DNA of 64,000 nucleotides from a virus (IMGVR_UViG_3300010163_000006:64001-128000); one strand, 5' to 3'; shown: positions 9,915 to 20,750, numbered from the stretch's first letter. A program made the numbers and translations. Notes: generated by a model not told the origin, from the letters alone.

Positions 9915-11423
9915 ATGGAATTTTCTACTATTATAGATGACATTGATAATGCTGTTTCTTCATCAGAAATAGATGTATTAATAGCAATTGGTGAAAGCTA
10001 TCAAAAGCTCCTTGACATGATGGAATATACTGACCTTGATGAAAGTATCATCCAGGAGACATGCCTGTTCATGGAAGCTGATGATTCTAATACAAACAAC
10101 GATAGCAAGTCATCTATCAAAGCTGTATTCAATAAAATAATTGATTTTATTAAAACTGCGTTTTCAAAGATTTCAGACATATTCCGAAAGAAGTTTATCA
10201 AGAATAAAGAATCGATGACGATTGTTGCTAACATGTTTACTATCATGGATAGTGTTAAACATGTAAAACAACCAAAACCCACAAAAGAATCTTACTATGG
10301 TGACGAAGATGACGAGGTTGTGCAAGAGGGACTGTTTAACAAAACCCCTCAAGAAAAACTTGCAGATCAGGCTCGTAAAAATATAAAGGCGGAAAATAAA
10401 CAAAAGGCGACTGAAGAAAAGAAACTTTCGAAAGAAAAAGCAAAACTCAACAAAGCCTTGTCAAAGGAATACAAGAGTGCTATTCGTAAGAGACAACTCA
10501 CGAAGAACGACATCAAGGCAATATCTGAACATATTGCGAATGTGTTGACTCCTGAAGAATTCAAAAACCTCCAGAACGCAATAAGTCAGTTTGAAAAAGG
10601 CCAACTCGAAAGAATCAGTAAGGATACTATTAAGAATGTTTTACTCATTGATACGTTGAGTAAACATCTTATGGAAATAAATGAAGTTGCTGACCGTATA
10701 TTGAAACCAGGTTACATATCAGGACATTCTGACAATGTTAGATATCTTAATAAAAAAGATATGAAAGTTGTTGAGAATATTAACAAACAAACAGAAAAAT
10801 CCAGCAGGGTTAAGGTTGAAAAAGATTTAAAACTCATGCGGAAGTTTGCAGAGACTCTTGGAAAAGAACTCAATGAGCTGTCTAAAACAGATAACTTCTC
10901 ATATGAGAACCTTAAACGAATGATGTATGGGGGTAATACCTTTGGAACCATGTTGGCATCAACAGCCAATTGTTTATGGAATATCGGAAAGCGTGCACCG
11001 AAGCTTGTCACCGATTTAAGTAAACATGGCGAAAAGCTATATATTGCTCATCATATGCTTGATGATTACATGATTGAAGATGACGCACTCCGCAAAGAAC
11101 TTGGTGTTGAACTTAACAAAACCATGAAGATTCTCAAAACGGTCGTACTCGATAATATTAAGGAAGAGACATATGGCTGGCAAGATGATGAAGCTTTCAA
11201 TGACAAATCCTATCGGGATCAGAATTTAACAACGTTGTGTTTGGGTGGTCCTATTACATTGAGTTTCAAACTTATAATGCTTGCAATTACAAGAGACCCC
11301 TCTGCGTTGGGAGTACCGGGTGATGTTGGTCCTGTGGATCTGGCATTAATGGGTGTTGCCAGATCATTGAATCCCACTGGTGTTAAATGGAAAGATATAC
11401 AGGGTAATGGAGCAACGTCTTAA
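9915..11423 (+). CDS. Probable internal head protein
   Basis: Acidic N-terminus with IIQET, FMEA and VVQEG motifs, then a K-rich helical region. Confidence 0.5.
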   Translation: MEFSTIIDDIDNAVSSSEIDVLIAIGESYQKLLDMMEYTDLDESIIQETCLFMEADDSNTNNDSKSSIKAVFNKIIDFIKTAFSKISDIFRKKFIKNKESMTIVANMFTIMDSVKHVKQPKPTKESYYGDEDDEVVQEGLFNKTPQEKLADQARKNIKAENKQKATEEKKLSKEKAKLNKALSKEYKSAIRKRQLTKNDIKAISEHIANVLTPEEFKNLQNAISQFEKGQLERISKDTIKNVLLIDTLSKHLMEINEVADRILKPGYISGHSDNVRYLNKKDMKVVENINKQTEKSSRVKVEKDLKLMRKFAETLGKELNELSKTDNFSYENLKRMMYGGNTFGTMLASTANCLWNIGKRAPKLVTDLSKHGEKLYIAHHMLDDYMIEDDALRKELGVELNKTMKILKTVVLDNIKEETYGWQDDEAFNDKSYRDQNLTTLCLGGPITLSFKLIMLAITRDPSALGVPGDVGPVDLALMGVARSLNPTGVKWKDIQGNGATS

Positions 11424-11447
11424 AACAAATAAAGGAGTTGATAAACA

Positions 11448-12602
11448 TTGTTTGAAGAATTTGATCATTTCTTTAACAAACCCCGTTCCGAGAATAATCC
11501 AATGTGTCTAATTGAAGTAGAACTTGCGAAAAACAGAACACGTTCAAAATCACGTAAGATCGTTCAAGAAGGTTCAGACTACACAGTTCAGAACAGGATG
11601 GGTTCAGGGTATAAACTGGAACAGATCAAAGATATGTACAAATTCATCAAGAGTTGTGAATATGGATTCATCGGGACCGATGGAAAACCCATATACTCTC
11701 CATCAGAGGGAGATTTCCAATCGTACAGATATTCCAGTCCTGATGAATTCAGAAAGAATAAGATTGGTACATGCTGGGATTTTTCTGCATATGAATATGA
11801 TGAGCTTCGTTCGTACGGAATCAATTGTAAACTCTTATTCATAAATCTTAAGTATCCCAATAATGAATTTGATACACATACATTTGTCATTGCAAATATT
11901 GATCGCAATAACTTCTATTACATTGAAGGAGCGTTCCGTAAATATATGGGTATCTACCATGTATACACGGAAAATGAAGAAGAAGTCGTTGATATTGTAT
12001 CACAAGTGATTGCAAAGAGAATGTTGACCGAAAGTGGTCATGATAAAGGAAATTACTGGGTATACTCTTATGAGGATAATCAACCTCCTTACGGTTGTAC
12101 ATGTAACGAATTCATGGAACACATTTGGGATACTGGAGAAGATGTTGTATCCGGTGAACCCATTTCCATTGATACAGAACTTGATTCAGATCTTCAGATA
12201 TATTATGAAGGTAAGATTAAACGAGTTAATGACAAGGGTAAAGATGTTCCTGAGAAATGTGACAAGTGTGGTTCTGATGTAAAGATATTCCTTCATGGTG
12301 AACCTGTTTGGTTATGTTCAAATAAGAAATGTAAAAAGTATTTCGGTACTGTACCATGCAATATCCAGGAATCAAAACTTCCGACAACCAAACGAAATAA
12401 ACTCGATGATTCTGATTTCGGTATTCCTGAAAAACGTCAATACCCATTACATGATAAAGAACATGTAGAAGCTGCAGTAAGGATGTTTCCACATGCTCCG
12501 TTTAAGGACAGAAAGAAACTCGCACACAGAATTCTTTCAAAAGCAAGAGAATACGGTATGAATACATCAGGATGGGAATCGTTGAAAATATATAAAGAAT
12601 AA
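11448..12602 (+). CDS. Multidomain protein: transglutaminase-like Cys-His domain, zinc ribbon and DUF6582-like C-terminus
   Basis: GTCWDFS...THTF...YYIE; CDKCG...CSNKKC; C-terminal RNKLDDSDFGIPEKRQYPLHDKEHVEAAVRMF; IVQEG and NIQES motifs. Confidence 0.6.
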   Translation: MFEEFDHFFNKPRSENNPMCLIEVELAKNRTRSKSRKIVQEGSDYTVQNRMGSGYKLEQIKDMYKFIKSCEYGFIGTDGKPIYSPSEGDFQSYRYSSPDEFRKNKIGTCWDFSAYEYDELRSYGINCKLLFINLKYPNNEFDTHTFVIANIDRNNFYYIEGAFRKYMGIYHVYTENEEEVVDIVSQVIAKRMLTESGHDKGNYWVYSYEDNQPPYGCTCNEFMEHIWDTGEDVVSGEPISIDTELDSDLQIYYEGKIKRVNDKGKDVPEKCDKCGSDVKIFLHGEPVWLCSNKKCKKYFGTVPCNIQESKLPTTKRNKLDDSDFGIPEKRQYPLHDKEHVEAAVRMFPHAPFKDRKKLAHRILSKAREYGMNTSGWESLKIYKE

Positions 12603-12622
12603 CAATAAAGGAGTGTGTTAAA

Positions 12623-14581
12623 ATGTTTCCAAGAAGATTCAATGTATACCAGGAATCTGTCGATGACAATGATCAAACAACAACAGAAACCCCGGAAGAT
12701 GAAGCAGTCCAGGAAGGAATGTTTGATGCCGGATTCAGTAATCTCCGTTCTAAAATTGCTCAATCCCTTGGAGGTAAATTCAAAGTAACGAATGTCGTTA
12801 AGGGTATGGGCGGTAAGGACAAGTTCGATATTACTGAGCAAGATGCGGATATTGATTCAACAAAGACAACTGTTGAATCAACAGGTACTGGGGCTAAGGT
12901 GGTATCCAGAGGAAATGGCAAATTTAAATGCCATTTTACAAATATCCCATTATCACAAGCACTGAACAAAATTCTCGCATTGTTTGAAAAGCCGGAGTTG
13001 CTTCTTGAGGATGCTTTGTTTGATATACGTCGTTTCGGTGGTTCTATGTTCATGGAAGATGCTGAAGAAGAGATCCCTGCAAATGCAAAAGGGAGTATTC
13101 CAGAAGAGGGGGATTTCGATGCATACAAGAGCCAGGGTGAAGAAGCTATAAAGAAAATGGATGACAAAAATGATGAATCAAAAGATGATGAACTTTCATC
13201 ATTCGGAACTGACACATCTGATGTTCAAAATGACTTCAATCCAAAGGACATTGAAACTTTGAATAAGTTGATTGCAGCTGAATCGGAAGCAATCAATGAT
13301 TACTTCGATGGTGCTAAGGATGCTCATGATGAGAATCTCCGTCGTCTGTATGGAGACATCGGTCATGAAGAAAGATTCCATCTGGAACAGTTGCTGTATG
13401 CTAAGTCGACACTTACTGGTGAAAAGTATGAACCTCGAGATCCCGAAGTAAAGAGTGAATATGAGGAACTCGTTGCAATGGGTATGGATGAAGAGACGGC
13501 GGCTTCAACGGCTATCGATAAGACATCGTTAAATGACTCTGGTGACGACGGTGACATTGAGAAACTTGAACAAGAGGCAGCTATAGTAGAAACAATGCTC
13601 TTTCATAATGAGATCCTTCTGGGAATATGTGAACAGTTTATCCCCAACGGATATAATGCAGCATACTCTAAATCAATTGGTGTATTCGTAGAAGCATACA
13701 TTCAGGAAGAAATGGAAAACGTTTCACAGGCACCAAAGGAAGTTAAGAGAATCGGTAATCCTGTTCGTCTCCTGTCTAAAGCATTAAAAGCGTCGGTTAA
13801 TGGTTTGATTCGATTGAGTGGCGTCGTTCGTGATGCCGCACAGAAAACAAAGTTCAAAAACCATTGGAAGAAAGAATGGATTAAGAAGCATGGTGTTGCT
13901 GATCTGTTTAAGGGTGGTATACACCTCTATTTCTATTCGGATAAATTTGACAGATTCGACTTAGATACACCATGTCAATATATTGATTTGATGTACAGGA
14001 TAACCGTGCAGATTGGAAAAGAATGTGGGATTAAAGTAAACGGACCTCGTAATCAAAGAACAATCAAAAATCCTATTAGATTCAAAACAGCACAAGAAGG
14101 AATCGATAAACTCAATGGTGCCGTACTTGCAAAGACCAAGGTTGTTGTTACAGACAGCAACAAGGATGCACTTGCCAAAGAATTCTTCGGGTATACTGAT
14201 GAGAAGATCAATGTCAAAACTACCAGGGGAGACGGACCGGCAATCAATGAGAGTGGTAATATCTATAACAGAATCGATGTATTGGCTGTGGTTACAAAGG
14301 CATACTGTGATATATCACAAGAAGTATTGGATAAACTAATCGCTTTCGAAGGTGATGTTAACAGCATTTACTATAAGAACAGGAAAGCATATAATGCTGC
14401 CATTGAGAAGATGAAGACTATTGTAAACAAATACAGTCAATTCATCAAGTGTATGGCACACGATCTCTCATCTATACTGAAACTCGACAACGGTTTGTTG
14501 GAGCTTACAAGACAACGTGACAAAGTTGAACAGACTGGTGGTACGTGGACTGGACGGGATATACGTGCTAATACGAAATGA
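12623..14581 (+). CDS. Probable virion protein with an internal ferritin/rubrerythrin-like di-iron motif
   Basis: LIAAESEAINDY...LYGDIGHEERFHLEQL (E-x6-Y...EExH); VYQES, AVQEG and YIQEE motifs. Confidence 0.55.
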   Translation: MFPRRFNVYQESVDDNDQTTTETPEDEAVQEGMFDAGFSNLRSKIAQSLGGKFKVTNVVKGMGGKDKFDITEQDADIDSTKTTVESTGTGAKVVSRGNGKFKCHFTNIPLSQALNKILALFEKPELLLEDALFDIRRFGGSMFMEDAEEEIPANAKGSIPEEGDFDAYKSQGEEAIKKMDDKNDESKDDELSSFGTDTSDVQNDFNPKDIETLNKLIAAESEAINDYFDGAKDAHDENLRRLYGDIGHEERFHLEQLLYAKSTLTGEKYEPRDPEVKSEYEELVAMGMDEETAASTAIDKTSLNDSGDDGDIEKLEQEAAIVETMLFHNEILLGICEQFIPNGYNAAYSKSIGVFVEAYIQEEMENVSQAPKEVKRIGNPVRLLSKALKASVNGLIRLSGVVRDAAQKTKFKNHWKKEWIKKHGVADLFKGGIHLYFYSDKFDRFDLDTPCQYIDLMYRITVQIGKECGIKVNGPRNQRTIKNPIRFKTAQEGIDKLNGAVLAKTKVVVTDSNKDALAKEFFGYTDEKINVKTTRGDGPAINESGNIYNRIDVLAVVTKAYCDISQEVLDKLIAFEGDVNSIYYKNRKAYNAAIEKMKTIVNKYSQFIKCMAHDLSSILKLDNGLLELTRQRDKVEQTGGTWTGRDIRANTK

Positions 14582-14595
14582 TTTTTACTACTTCC

Positions 14596-14610
14596 AAATA
14601 TATATTATTT
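14596..14610 (+). promoter_or_regulatory. Phage promoter motif AAATATATATTATTT
   Basis: Exact reverse complement of the copies at 33770, 47769 and 54397; about 28 nt upstream of ATG 14638. Confidence 0.6.
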
Positions 14611-14637
14611 GATTGGAATAATATAGGAGGTGATAAT

Positions 14638-14883
14638 ATGCCCAATATCATATATACCGATAGCATCATCAGCGATAATGGGTTACCAGTAAACAATACA
14701 CCGGCGGCGGTCTTTAGCGTGACGGATCTTGAAACGATTCTCGATCGTATTAAGGACGGATCAATCCAATGTGGAACGGGACAACCATATCCTGTTGCAT
14801 GGGAGAATGACAACATGGATCGAGAACCCCCGTGGGATAACACGGTTGGTATGGGTAACCAAAACCCATGGAAAAATTACTAA
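14638..14883 (+). CDS. Hypothetical protein
   Basis: AGGAGGTG RBS before ATG 14638; hairpin at about 14890-14913 follows. Confidence 0.55.
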   Translation: MPNIIYTDSIISDNGLPVNNTPAAVFSVTDLETILDRIKDGSIQCGTGQPYPVAWENDNMDREPPWDNTVGMGNQNPWKNY

Positions 14884-14995
14884 TGATATTAATGGGTCCC
14901 ATGCGGGACCCATTGGTATTAATTTCTTTGGAAAATAATTAAGAAAGTAATATGTCAACCCAAAGACGTTAACATTGGGGGAATAGGAGAATATT

Positions 14996-15973
14996 ATGAA
15001 GAGAATGTTTAAGGTGCATACAGGTCCTCGCCCAGCAGAAGACTGTATCGCTATTCCTGGTTTTACGAATGGCACAATAGTAATTGTTTCAACACTTAAC
15101 ACTGCAGTGAAATTGTGTGTTAACAACACTGGGTTTCTTTTTGCGATTATCGATGAATATCGCCCTATCTGTTATATTAACGACATAAATGCAATTAAAT
15201 TGGGCCTTGATGTAGACGGTGATCATGTTATGATCGACACCGTAAAATATGACCCAACAAAACGCTTAAGCGTTAATTCCATTAAACAAAAAGAAGAGCT
15301 TGAAGATAGATATCTTGAACGTTTAGGACTTGATTCTACCGAATTAATTCCTGAGATTTTCGAAGAGGTTATCAAGCTTGAAAGCGGATACATTTATGCG
15401 ATTGATGGTCATAGTTCTATGAAAATAACATACGAACAGTCAGCATTGGCTCCCGTATCAGACGGTTCAACACACCGTTTCAATTTCATCCTGAAGAAAC
15501 ATAAGTACATTCCATCAAGTGGATACTGTGTTGACAAATATCAAAAGCGTGTGCAGGTTTGGATCAATTATGACCAAATCCAGGAGTTATACAAAGATCC
15601 GTATGAATTCTGGATAAAGTATATTGAACCGAGACCCTTGGGAATATCTGATATATTTGGAGAAGATGCCGAAATAAAGTGCTATGGCGTACTTGCAACC
15701 GTAAAGCAAGATTTACCCGACACAGAGGTTGTACTTCCGGGAATAAATACTGGAGATGTTGTAGTGATATACGATGACGAAGGTCAAACCCATTACAGAG
15801 CCATTGTAAATAATGATAATATAGAGGGTCTTGATGGCGGTCATATGTATATCAGTACAGATCTTGCTTTCAAACTTGGTTATCGTATTATTGGGGATAC
15901 TACTGATTTTAAAATAGCTTTAACTGTCGGAATGAAAGGAGAAATGCCTGATGATAACGAAGGAACAACTTGA
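14996..15973 (+). CDS. Hypothetical protein
   Basis: 325-aa ORF with AGGAG RBS. Confidence 0.65.
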   Translation: MKRMFKVHTGPRPAEDCIAIPGFTNGTIVIVSTLNTAVKLCVNNTGFLFAIIDEYRPICYINDINAIKLGLDVDGDHVMIDTVKYDPTKRLSVNSIKQKEELEDRYLERLGLDSTELIPEIFEEVIKLESGYIYAIDGHSSMKITYEQSALAPVSDGSTHRFNFILKKHKYIPSSGYCVDKYQKRVQVWINYDQIQELYKDPYEFWIKYIEPRPLGISDIFGEDAEIKCYGVLATVKQDLPDTEVVLPGINTGDVVVIYDDEGQTHYRAIVNNDNIEGLDGGHMYISTDLAFKLGYRIIGDTTDFKIALTVGMKGEMPDDNEGTT

Positions 15974-17810
15974 CGAATACATTCGTCTATACCAAGAAGG
16001 AACACCAGCAATTACTGACGAAGAATACGACAGTTTGCTGGAAGAGTATCTTAGGGAACATGGTGAAGACAAAAGGCCGTTCCTCAGATCACAACAGAGC
16101 GATTCTGTGAATGACCTTGTAGGAACTCTTCCAAAAGTTTACGGAACCACAACACCGATGAGAGAAGGTCAGAAAACGTATGAGTCTTGGTTTAATACTA
16201 AGAAGATCGATCCGATGTATGATATCATCATTCAGCCGAAGTTTGATGGTTGTAGTGTTGCTTTGGATGTCACAACGGGGAGATTTTTCACACGTGGGGA
16301 TTATGACAACGGAGAATCAGTTGATGTAACCGAGTTGTTCGAATTCCATAGAAAGAACATGAATCTTCCAAGTGACATTACTGCGATCAAGTTCGAAGCG
16401 ATAATGGCACAAGAGATATTCGAAAGTACTGGATTGAAAGATAAGTATCTCAGACCCCGTGATGCGGTTGCCGGAATAATCACATCACGAAATATAGAGA
16501 TGGCTCAACTGATTACTCTGATTCCATTACGTCAGTATTCTGGTGGACACCAAATGATTCCTGATAAACTTGAGGAAGTATCAATCAAAGCAAAAGTCGA
16601 TGACTTTGATACCATCCAAGGATTCATTAATGACAAACTGTCTGATGGGGCAATCACAAAGTTCTATGATGGGCATTATGCGATCGATGGTGTTGTTGTG
16701 TCTGTTGTTGATGATTCTGGTAAGGTCTTTGTTGATAAAGAGATTGCAATCAAGATCTTGAATAACATTCAGGAGACCAAGATTATCAACATCGAGTATC
16801 AGTATGGAAAGACAGGTAAGATTACTCCCGTTGGAATACTTGAACCCGTTAAGTTTGATAACATCACTGTTGATCATGTTGGTTTATCGACATTAGAACG
16901 AGTCGTTGAGCTCGGCTTACAATACAATGATACGGTACGAATTGTGTACAACATCGTACCATATCTACTATCGACATACCATGATGGAAACTATCCAATC
17001 CCAGTCCCAACAAAATGTCCTATATGTGGGGCAGAACTTAACTACAAAACCCTCAAGACAGTGAGATGCACAAATCCACATTGTAAGGGTTTGAAGATTG
17101 GTATGATCATCAGATACTGTGAGAAGATGAAAATGCTGGGTTTGTCAAAGGGGATAATAACCAAGTTGTTTGATGCGGGGTTGATTGAAACAATTGGGGA
17201 TTTATACAGATTAACACCCGAAAAAATAATGACACTTGATGGATTCAAGGAAAAGAGTGCAACCAACATTTGTAAGACAATATGGAAAGCATCAACCGAT
17301 GTTAGATTAAGCAGATGGTTAGGGGCTTTACCCATAAAAGACATCTCTGACAAAACATGGCAACTCGTCATCGATGCGAAATTCCCAATGAACGAGATGA
17401 AAGCAATGAATGCCGTGAAATACAATATCGAACATGGTACTGTTATGTCGTTCATGACTGAATGTGTTCCTGAATATGTATATGGATTCTCAAAGAACAC
17501 ATACTCATCAATCAAGGAAGGGTTGACATTATATTGGGATGACATCGTGGATATCATTCAATACGTGAACTTCAGATGTACAACTGATCTGACTCGACAT
17601 ATAAAAGGTCGTGTGACATTGACAGGAACTCGGGATGACAAACTTATATCATACCTTACCGAAAAGGGTTATGATGTAAACGACTTCTCCGCAAAAACAA
17701 TTGCATTGGTTATACCTCATCCAACGTATGTATCAAGTAAGGTTGTCAAGGCGAAGAAAAGTGGAATCCCGATATATACAATAGACCAAGCTTATGAAGC
17801 CCTCAAGTGA
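15951..17810 (+). CDS. ligA: NAD-dependent DNA ligase
   Basis: PAITDEEYD, adenylation motif QPKFDG, TRGD, IDGVV, GKTGKITPV, CPICG zinc finger, HhH repeats, BRCT-like C-terminus. Confidence 0.95.
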   Translation: MITKEQLDEYIRLYQEGTPAITDEEYDSLLEEYLREHGEDKRPFLRSQQSDSVNDLVGTLPKVYGTTTPMREGQKTYESWFNTKKIDPMYDIIIQPKFDGCSVALDVTTGRFFTRGDYDNGESVDVTELFEFHRKNMNLPSDITAIKFEAIMAQEIFESTGLKDKYLRPRDAVAGIITSRNIEMAQLITLIPLRQYSGGHQMIPDKLEEVSIKAKVDDFDTIQGFINDKLSDGAITKFYDGHYAIDGVVVSVVDDSGKVFVDKEIAIKILNNIQETKIINIEYQYGKTGKITPVGILEPVKFDNITVDHVGLSTLERVVELGLQYNDTVRIVYNIVPYLLSTYHDGNYPIPVPTKCPICGAELNYKTLKTVRCTNPHCKGLKIGMIIRYCEKMKMLGLSKGIITKLFDAGLIETIGDLYRLTPEKIMTLDGFKEKSATNICKTIWKASTDVRLSRWLGALPIKDISDKTWQLVIDAKFPMNEMKAMNAVKYNIEHGTVMSFMTECVPEYVYGFSKNTYSSIKEGLTLYWDDIVDIIQYVNFRCTTDLTRHIKGRVTLTGTRDDKLISYLTEKGYDVNDFSAKTIALVIPHPTYVSSKVVKAKKSGIPIYTIDQAYEALK

Positions 17811-17844
17811 GGGCTTCATATTCTAAAGGAGGTATCAAATAAAT

Positions 17845-18144
17845 GTGAAGAAATTTACAGAGGTATTGGCAACAGCGATTGCTTTACTGTTGTTCACGGC
17901 ATTCTTGATTTGGTGTGGATACTCGACGATTCTGACAATCGATGTTGTTGTTGATATGATTCTCAATGAGCTTACACCACATCAGATTGTCAAGGTAATT
18001 ATATTCGATTTCGTATCTTTTCTGGGAATATCTTGGATTATTGTAGAACACGAGCAAGAACAGAAAGAACAAGAAAAGAAGGAACACGAGCAAAGACAAA
18101 TAACCTGGAATGATTTATTTGGCAATGGCAATAGGAGGAAATAA
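17845..18144 (+). CDS. Small membrane protein
   Basis: Two hydrophobic segments; AAAGGAGGT RBS. Confidence 0.6.
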   Translation: MKKFTEVLATAIALLLFTAFLIWCGYSTILTIDVVVDMILNELTPHQIVKVIIFDFVSFLGISWIIVEHEQEQKEQEKKEHEQRQITWNDLFGNGNRRK

Positions 18145-18145
18145 A

Positions 18146-18661
18146 ATGAGTACATTTGAAATACAACCAAAACAGCCGCGTATTGACATAGAGAAATTTC
18201 TGGGTGCCGTTAAGGATTGGCATGCATGTTTGGAAAGGCCCTTGCCAAAATTGGTCCCGATATCAGAAAGCCAAGAAGAATTCATATCAGCTCCGGGTGT
18301 CTATGAGGTTATTACAGGATCAACCCAATGTTTCAAGCCACTCAAAACAATAACCAATCTTGAGTGGCTTGCAGAATATATAAAGCTTCACACCCTCGAT
18401 ACCAGAGGTTTTTCGTTAATGGTAAGCCCTCAGCCTCCTACTGTAGACACCACTATCAGTATCAAGAACGTGATACACAGCATCACTCTTGAGATAGATT
18501 CCCTGATAGATGTGTTTAAAATACCTATTGATGCGTTTATACATTCACATCCAGTTGTTATGCGACCTGACCCCACGGTTCATCATAACTTCATTCAGCC
18601 CCAAGAATATTATCTCAAAGACATAAAGATAGAGAAACCAAGAAACTTCGTTTCCCTATAA
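18146..18661 (+). CDS. Hypothetical protein
   Basis: AGGAGG RBS before ATG 18146. Confidence 0.55.
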   Translation: MSTFEIQPKQPRIDIEKFLGAVKDWHACLERPLPKLVPISESQEEFISAPGVYEVITGSTQCFKPLKTITNLEWLAEYIKLHTLDTRGFSLMVSPQPPTVDTTISIKNVIHSITLEIDSLIDVFKIPIDAFIHSHPVVMRPDPTVHHNFIQPQEYYLKDIKIEKPRNFVSL

Positions 18662-18815
18662 TAAACCTTGTTGACCTACCCATCAGGTTCCTTCTCCGAA
18701 ATGGGGATGGATACTTGCGTCGCGACATCTTTAATAAAAATAAAAATAAAATATAAAATCATCTATATTAAGGGAAGTTTATTGCTTCCCTTATTTTTTA
18801 TAAGGAGATGCTTAA

Positions 18816-19526
18816 ATGAATATAAAGGAACACAAGCTGAAAGAAAATAAACTTGATGAACAACTGAAAGATCCCAAAGAGTCTCATTCAAAAGAAATTG
18901 CAAAATTAATTGATAAAACCATTAAAGGTAAACATATGGTGTACTTATCAACGGATTGGCATCTTTGGACAAGACTTGAAAAAGGAAAACGGGCATGCAA
19001 GAGAAGAAATGGATTTGAAGAAATCATTAAGAATGCAAACGAGGCAATGACTAAAGATGATCTCCTCATTTATATGGGCGATCTTGTTGACGGAGAGTTT
19101 GATGATAAGGACGAACTTAAATCCATATTAAAGACAATCCCAGGTAATAAGATTCTTGTTATCGGAAATAATGACATATTTGATGTGTCTTTCTACAAAT
19201 CTTGTGGTTTCGAATATGTCGTTAGATCATTCGTGTGGCATGATATTTTATTCACCCACATACCGGTCGTAAATGATAACCAGCTAAACATACACGGCCA
19301 TCTACATAATTTTCGAACATATTGGGTTCCATATAAAAACCATATCGATGTAGCATCATGTGGAGGTCGAGAGAAACCCGTTGAACTATGGATGGTTATA
19401 AAATCTCAAAAATCATACTCCAGAACAATCAAAGAAAGTCCGGAACATTTCAATGAATCTTACGACTTGTTTTATACGATAATGAGAACAAATTACTTTA
19501 TCCCGGATCCATACGAGGCTGAATAG
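18816..19526 (+). CDS. Calcineurin-like metallophosphoesterase
   Basis: STDWH, MGDLVD, IGNND, FTH, NIHGHLH motifs. Confidence 0.85.
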   Translation: MNIKEHKLKENKLDEQLKDPKESHSKEIAKLIDKTIKGKHMVYLSTDWHLWTRLEKGKRACKRRNGFEEIIKNANEAMTKDDLLIYMGDLVDGEFDDKDELKSILKTIPGNKILVIGNNDIFDVSFYKSCGFEYVVRSFVWHDILFTHIPVVNDNQLNIHGHLHNFRTYWVPYKNHIDVASCGGREKPVELWMVIKSQKSYSRTIKESPEHFNESYDLFYTIMRTNYFIPDPYEAE

Positions 19527-19551
19527 GTCTGATCTAATATTTTAATTATTC

Positions 19552-19566
19552 ATGCATATATTATTT
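19552..19566 (+). promoter_or_regulatory. Phage promoter motif variant (ATGCATATATTATTT)
   Basis: Shares the ATATATTATTT core; about 50 nt upstream of ATG 19618. Confidence 0.5.
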
Positions 19567-19617
19567 CTACGGACAAACAGAAAACAAATTCACTTTGTCC
19601 AGAAGGAGTAATAAAAG

Positions 19618-20709
19618 ATGAAAACAGAAGTTTTTGAAAAGATCATGGAGGGCCTTGACACAGAAATTCATGATCAAATTGCATCACAGGATCGCTACAG
19701 AATACAACTCTTGAACGAGTACAACACAGCCGAACGTGGAACCAGAGAGGCCATTGGTAAACTCAATGCTCTCATAGATCAGGAGAATGTACTTAATACC
19801 TTGATTCTTATGCATAAGCATTGGCTCGAAATTCTCAAAGAATTTAACGACCAGTACTTTAAGGCAATGGGAAAGTCGACTGAGGTAGAATACTCTACAG
19901 GTACAATGACTGGCGAATTACGAATGATCATCAACTATGAATGTGTCCGTCTGGTTCCATTAGGAGTTGCAACTAAGTTCAACAAACCGATTGGATTCAA
20001 ATTAGGATTGGAAATTGATGATGAGCCAAAAGATAAGTTTAAAACATATGTTGCATCTAACATTGACTCAGAATCCCGCGCACATATCTTAGATGATATT
20101 ATCAGCAATATAAAGAAGAAAATAAAACCTATTGATTACGTAATAAGACAACAGTACTTTGCCGATGTAGACAGGGTACCCATTAAGGGTATCAAAGGAG
20201 TAAATGATGGGCATTATTCCATATCTGATCAAGGCGTCGTACGAAACGAGTATATCGACGCTAATGTCATGACATACATTGATACCAAAAAGAAAACTGT
20301 GCTGGTCACCGAAAATGGATCTACAATTGTCAGAAATGTGGATACCCTTGTTGTACGTGCATTCCTGGAGATTCCTCCATGGCTTCCTACCAACAGGCTT
20401 AATATCGTCCATATAAACGGCGATGAAGACAACTGCAAACTCAAGAATCTAAAAGTCTTGATTACCGGGTCACCAGCTCCAGGCAGAAGAAGTTGTTTGA
20501 CATTAGATCAGTATACGGACGTTTGTAATGTTATCAGAGAAACGATGGAAAAATGGAAGATCTATGATACTGTAGCAATGTTTGATTATACAATCAATGA
20601 CATTGTTATGCCGGATATCATCGGTACCTGTAAACGCAAGTTAGGTATAAAGGTATATACCAGATACATTTGCAAGATTTTACGCGAAGCCGGCAAACAA
20701 TTGCTTTAG
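19618..20709 (+). CDS. Protein with a C-terminal NUMOD4/HNH-endonuclease-like module
   Basis: HYSISDQGVVRN (NUMOD4-like), VDTLVVRAFL, and NIVHINGDEDNCKLKNL (HNH-like). Confidence 0.55.
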   Translation: MKTEVFEKIMEGLDTEIHDQIASQDRYRIQLLNEYNTAERGTREAIGKLNALIDQENVLNTLILMHKHWLEILKEFNDQYFKAMGKSTEVEYSTGTMTGELRMIINYECVRLVPLGVATKFNKPIGFKLGLEIDDEPKDKFKTYVASNIDSESRAHILDDIISNIKKKIKPIDYVIRQQYFADVDRVPIKGIKGVNDGHYSISDQGVVRNEYIDANVMTYIDTKKKTVLVTENGSTIVRNVDTLVVRAFLEIPPWLPTNRLNIVHINGDEDNCKLKNLKVLITGSPAPGRRSCLTLDQYTDVCNVIRETMEKWKIYDTVAMFDYTINDIVMPDIIGTCKRKLGIKVYTRYICKILREAGKQLL

Positions 20710-20715
20710 AATTTA

Positions 20716-20750
20716 ATCATGGGGGTATATACCCCCATGATTTTTTTTCT
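20716..20750 (+). terminator. Rho-independent terminator
   Basis: atcatgggggta-ta-tacccccatgat followed by a T-run. Confidence 0.85.
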
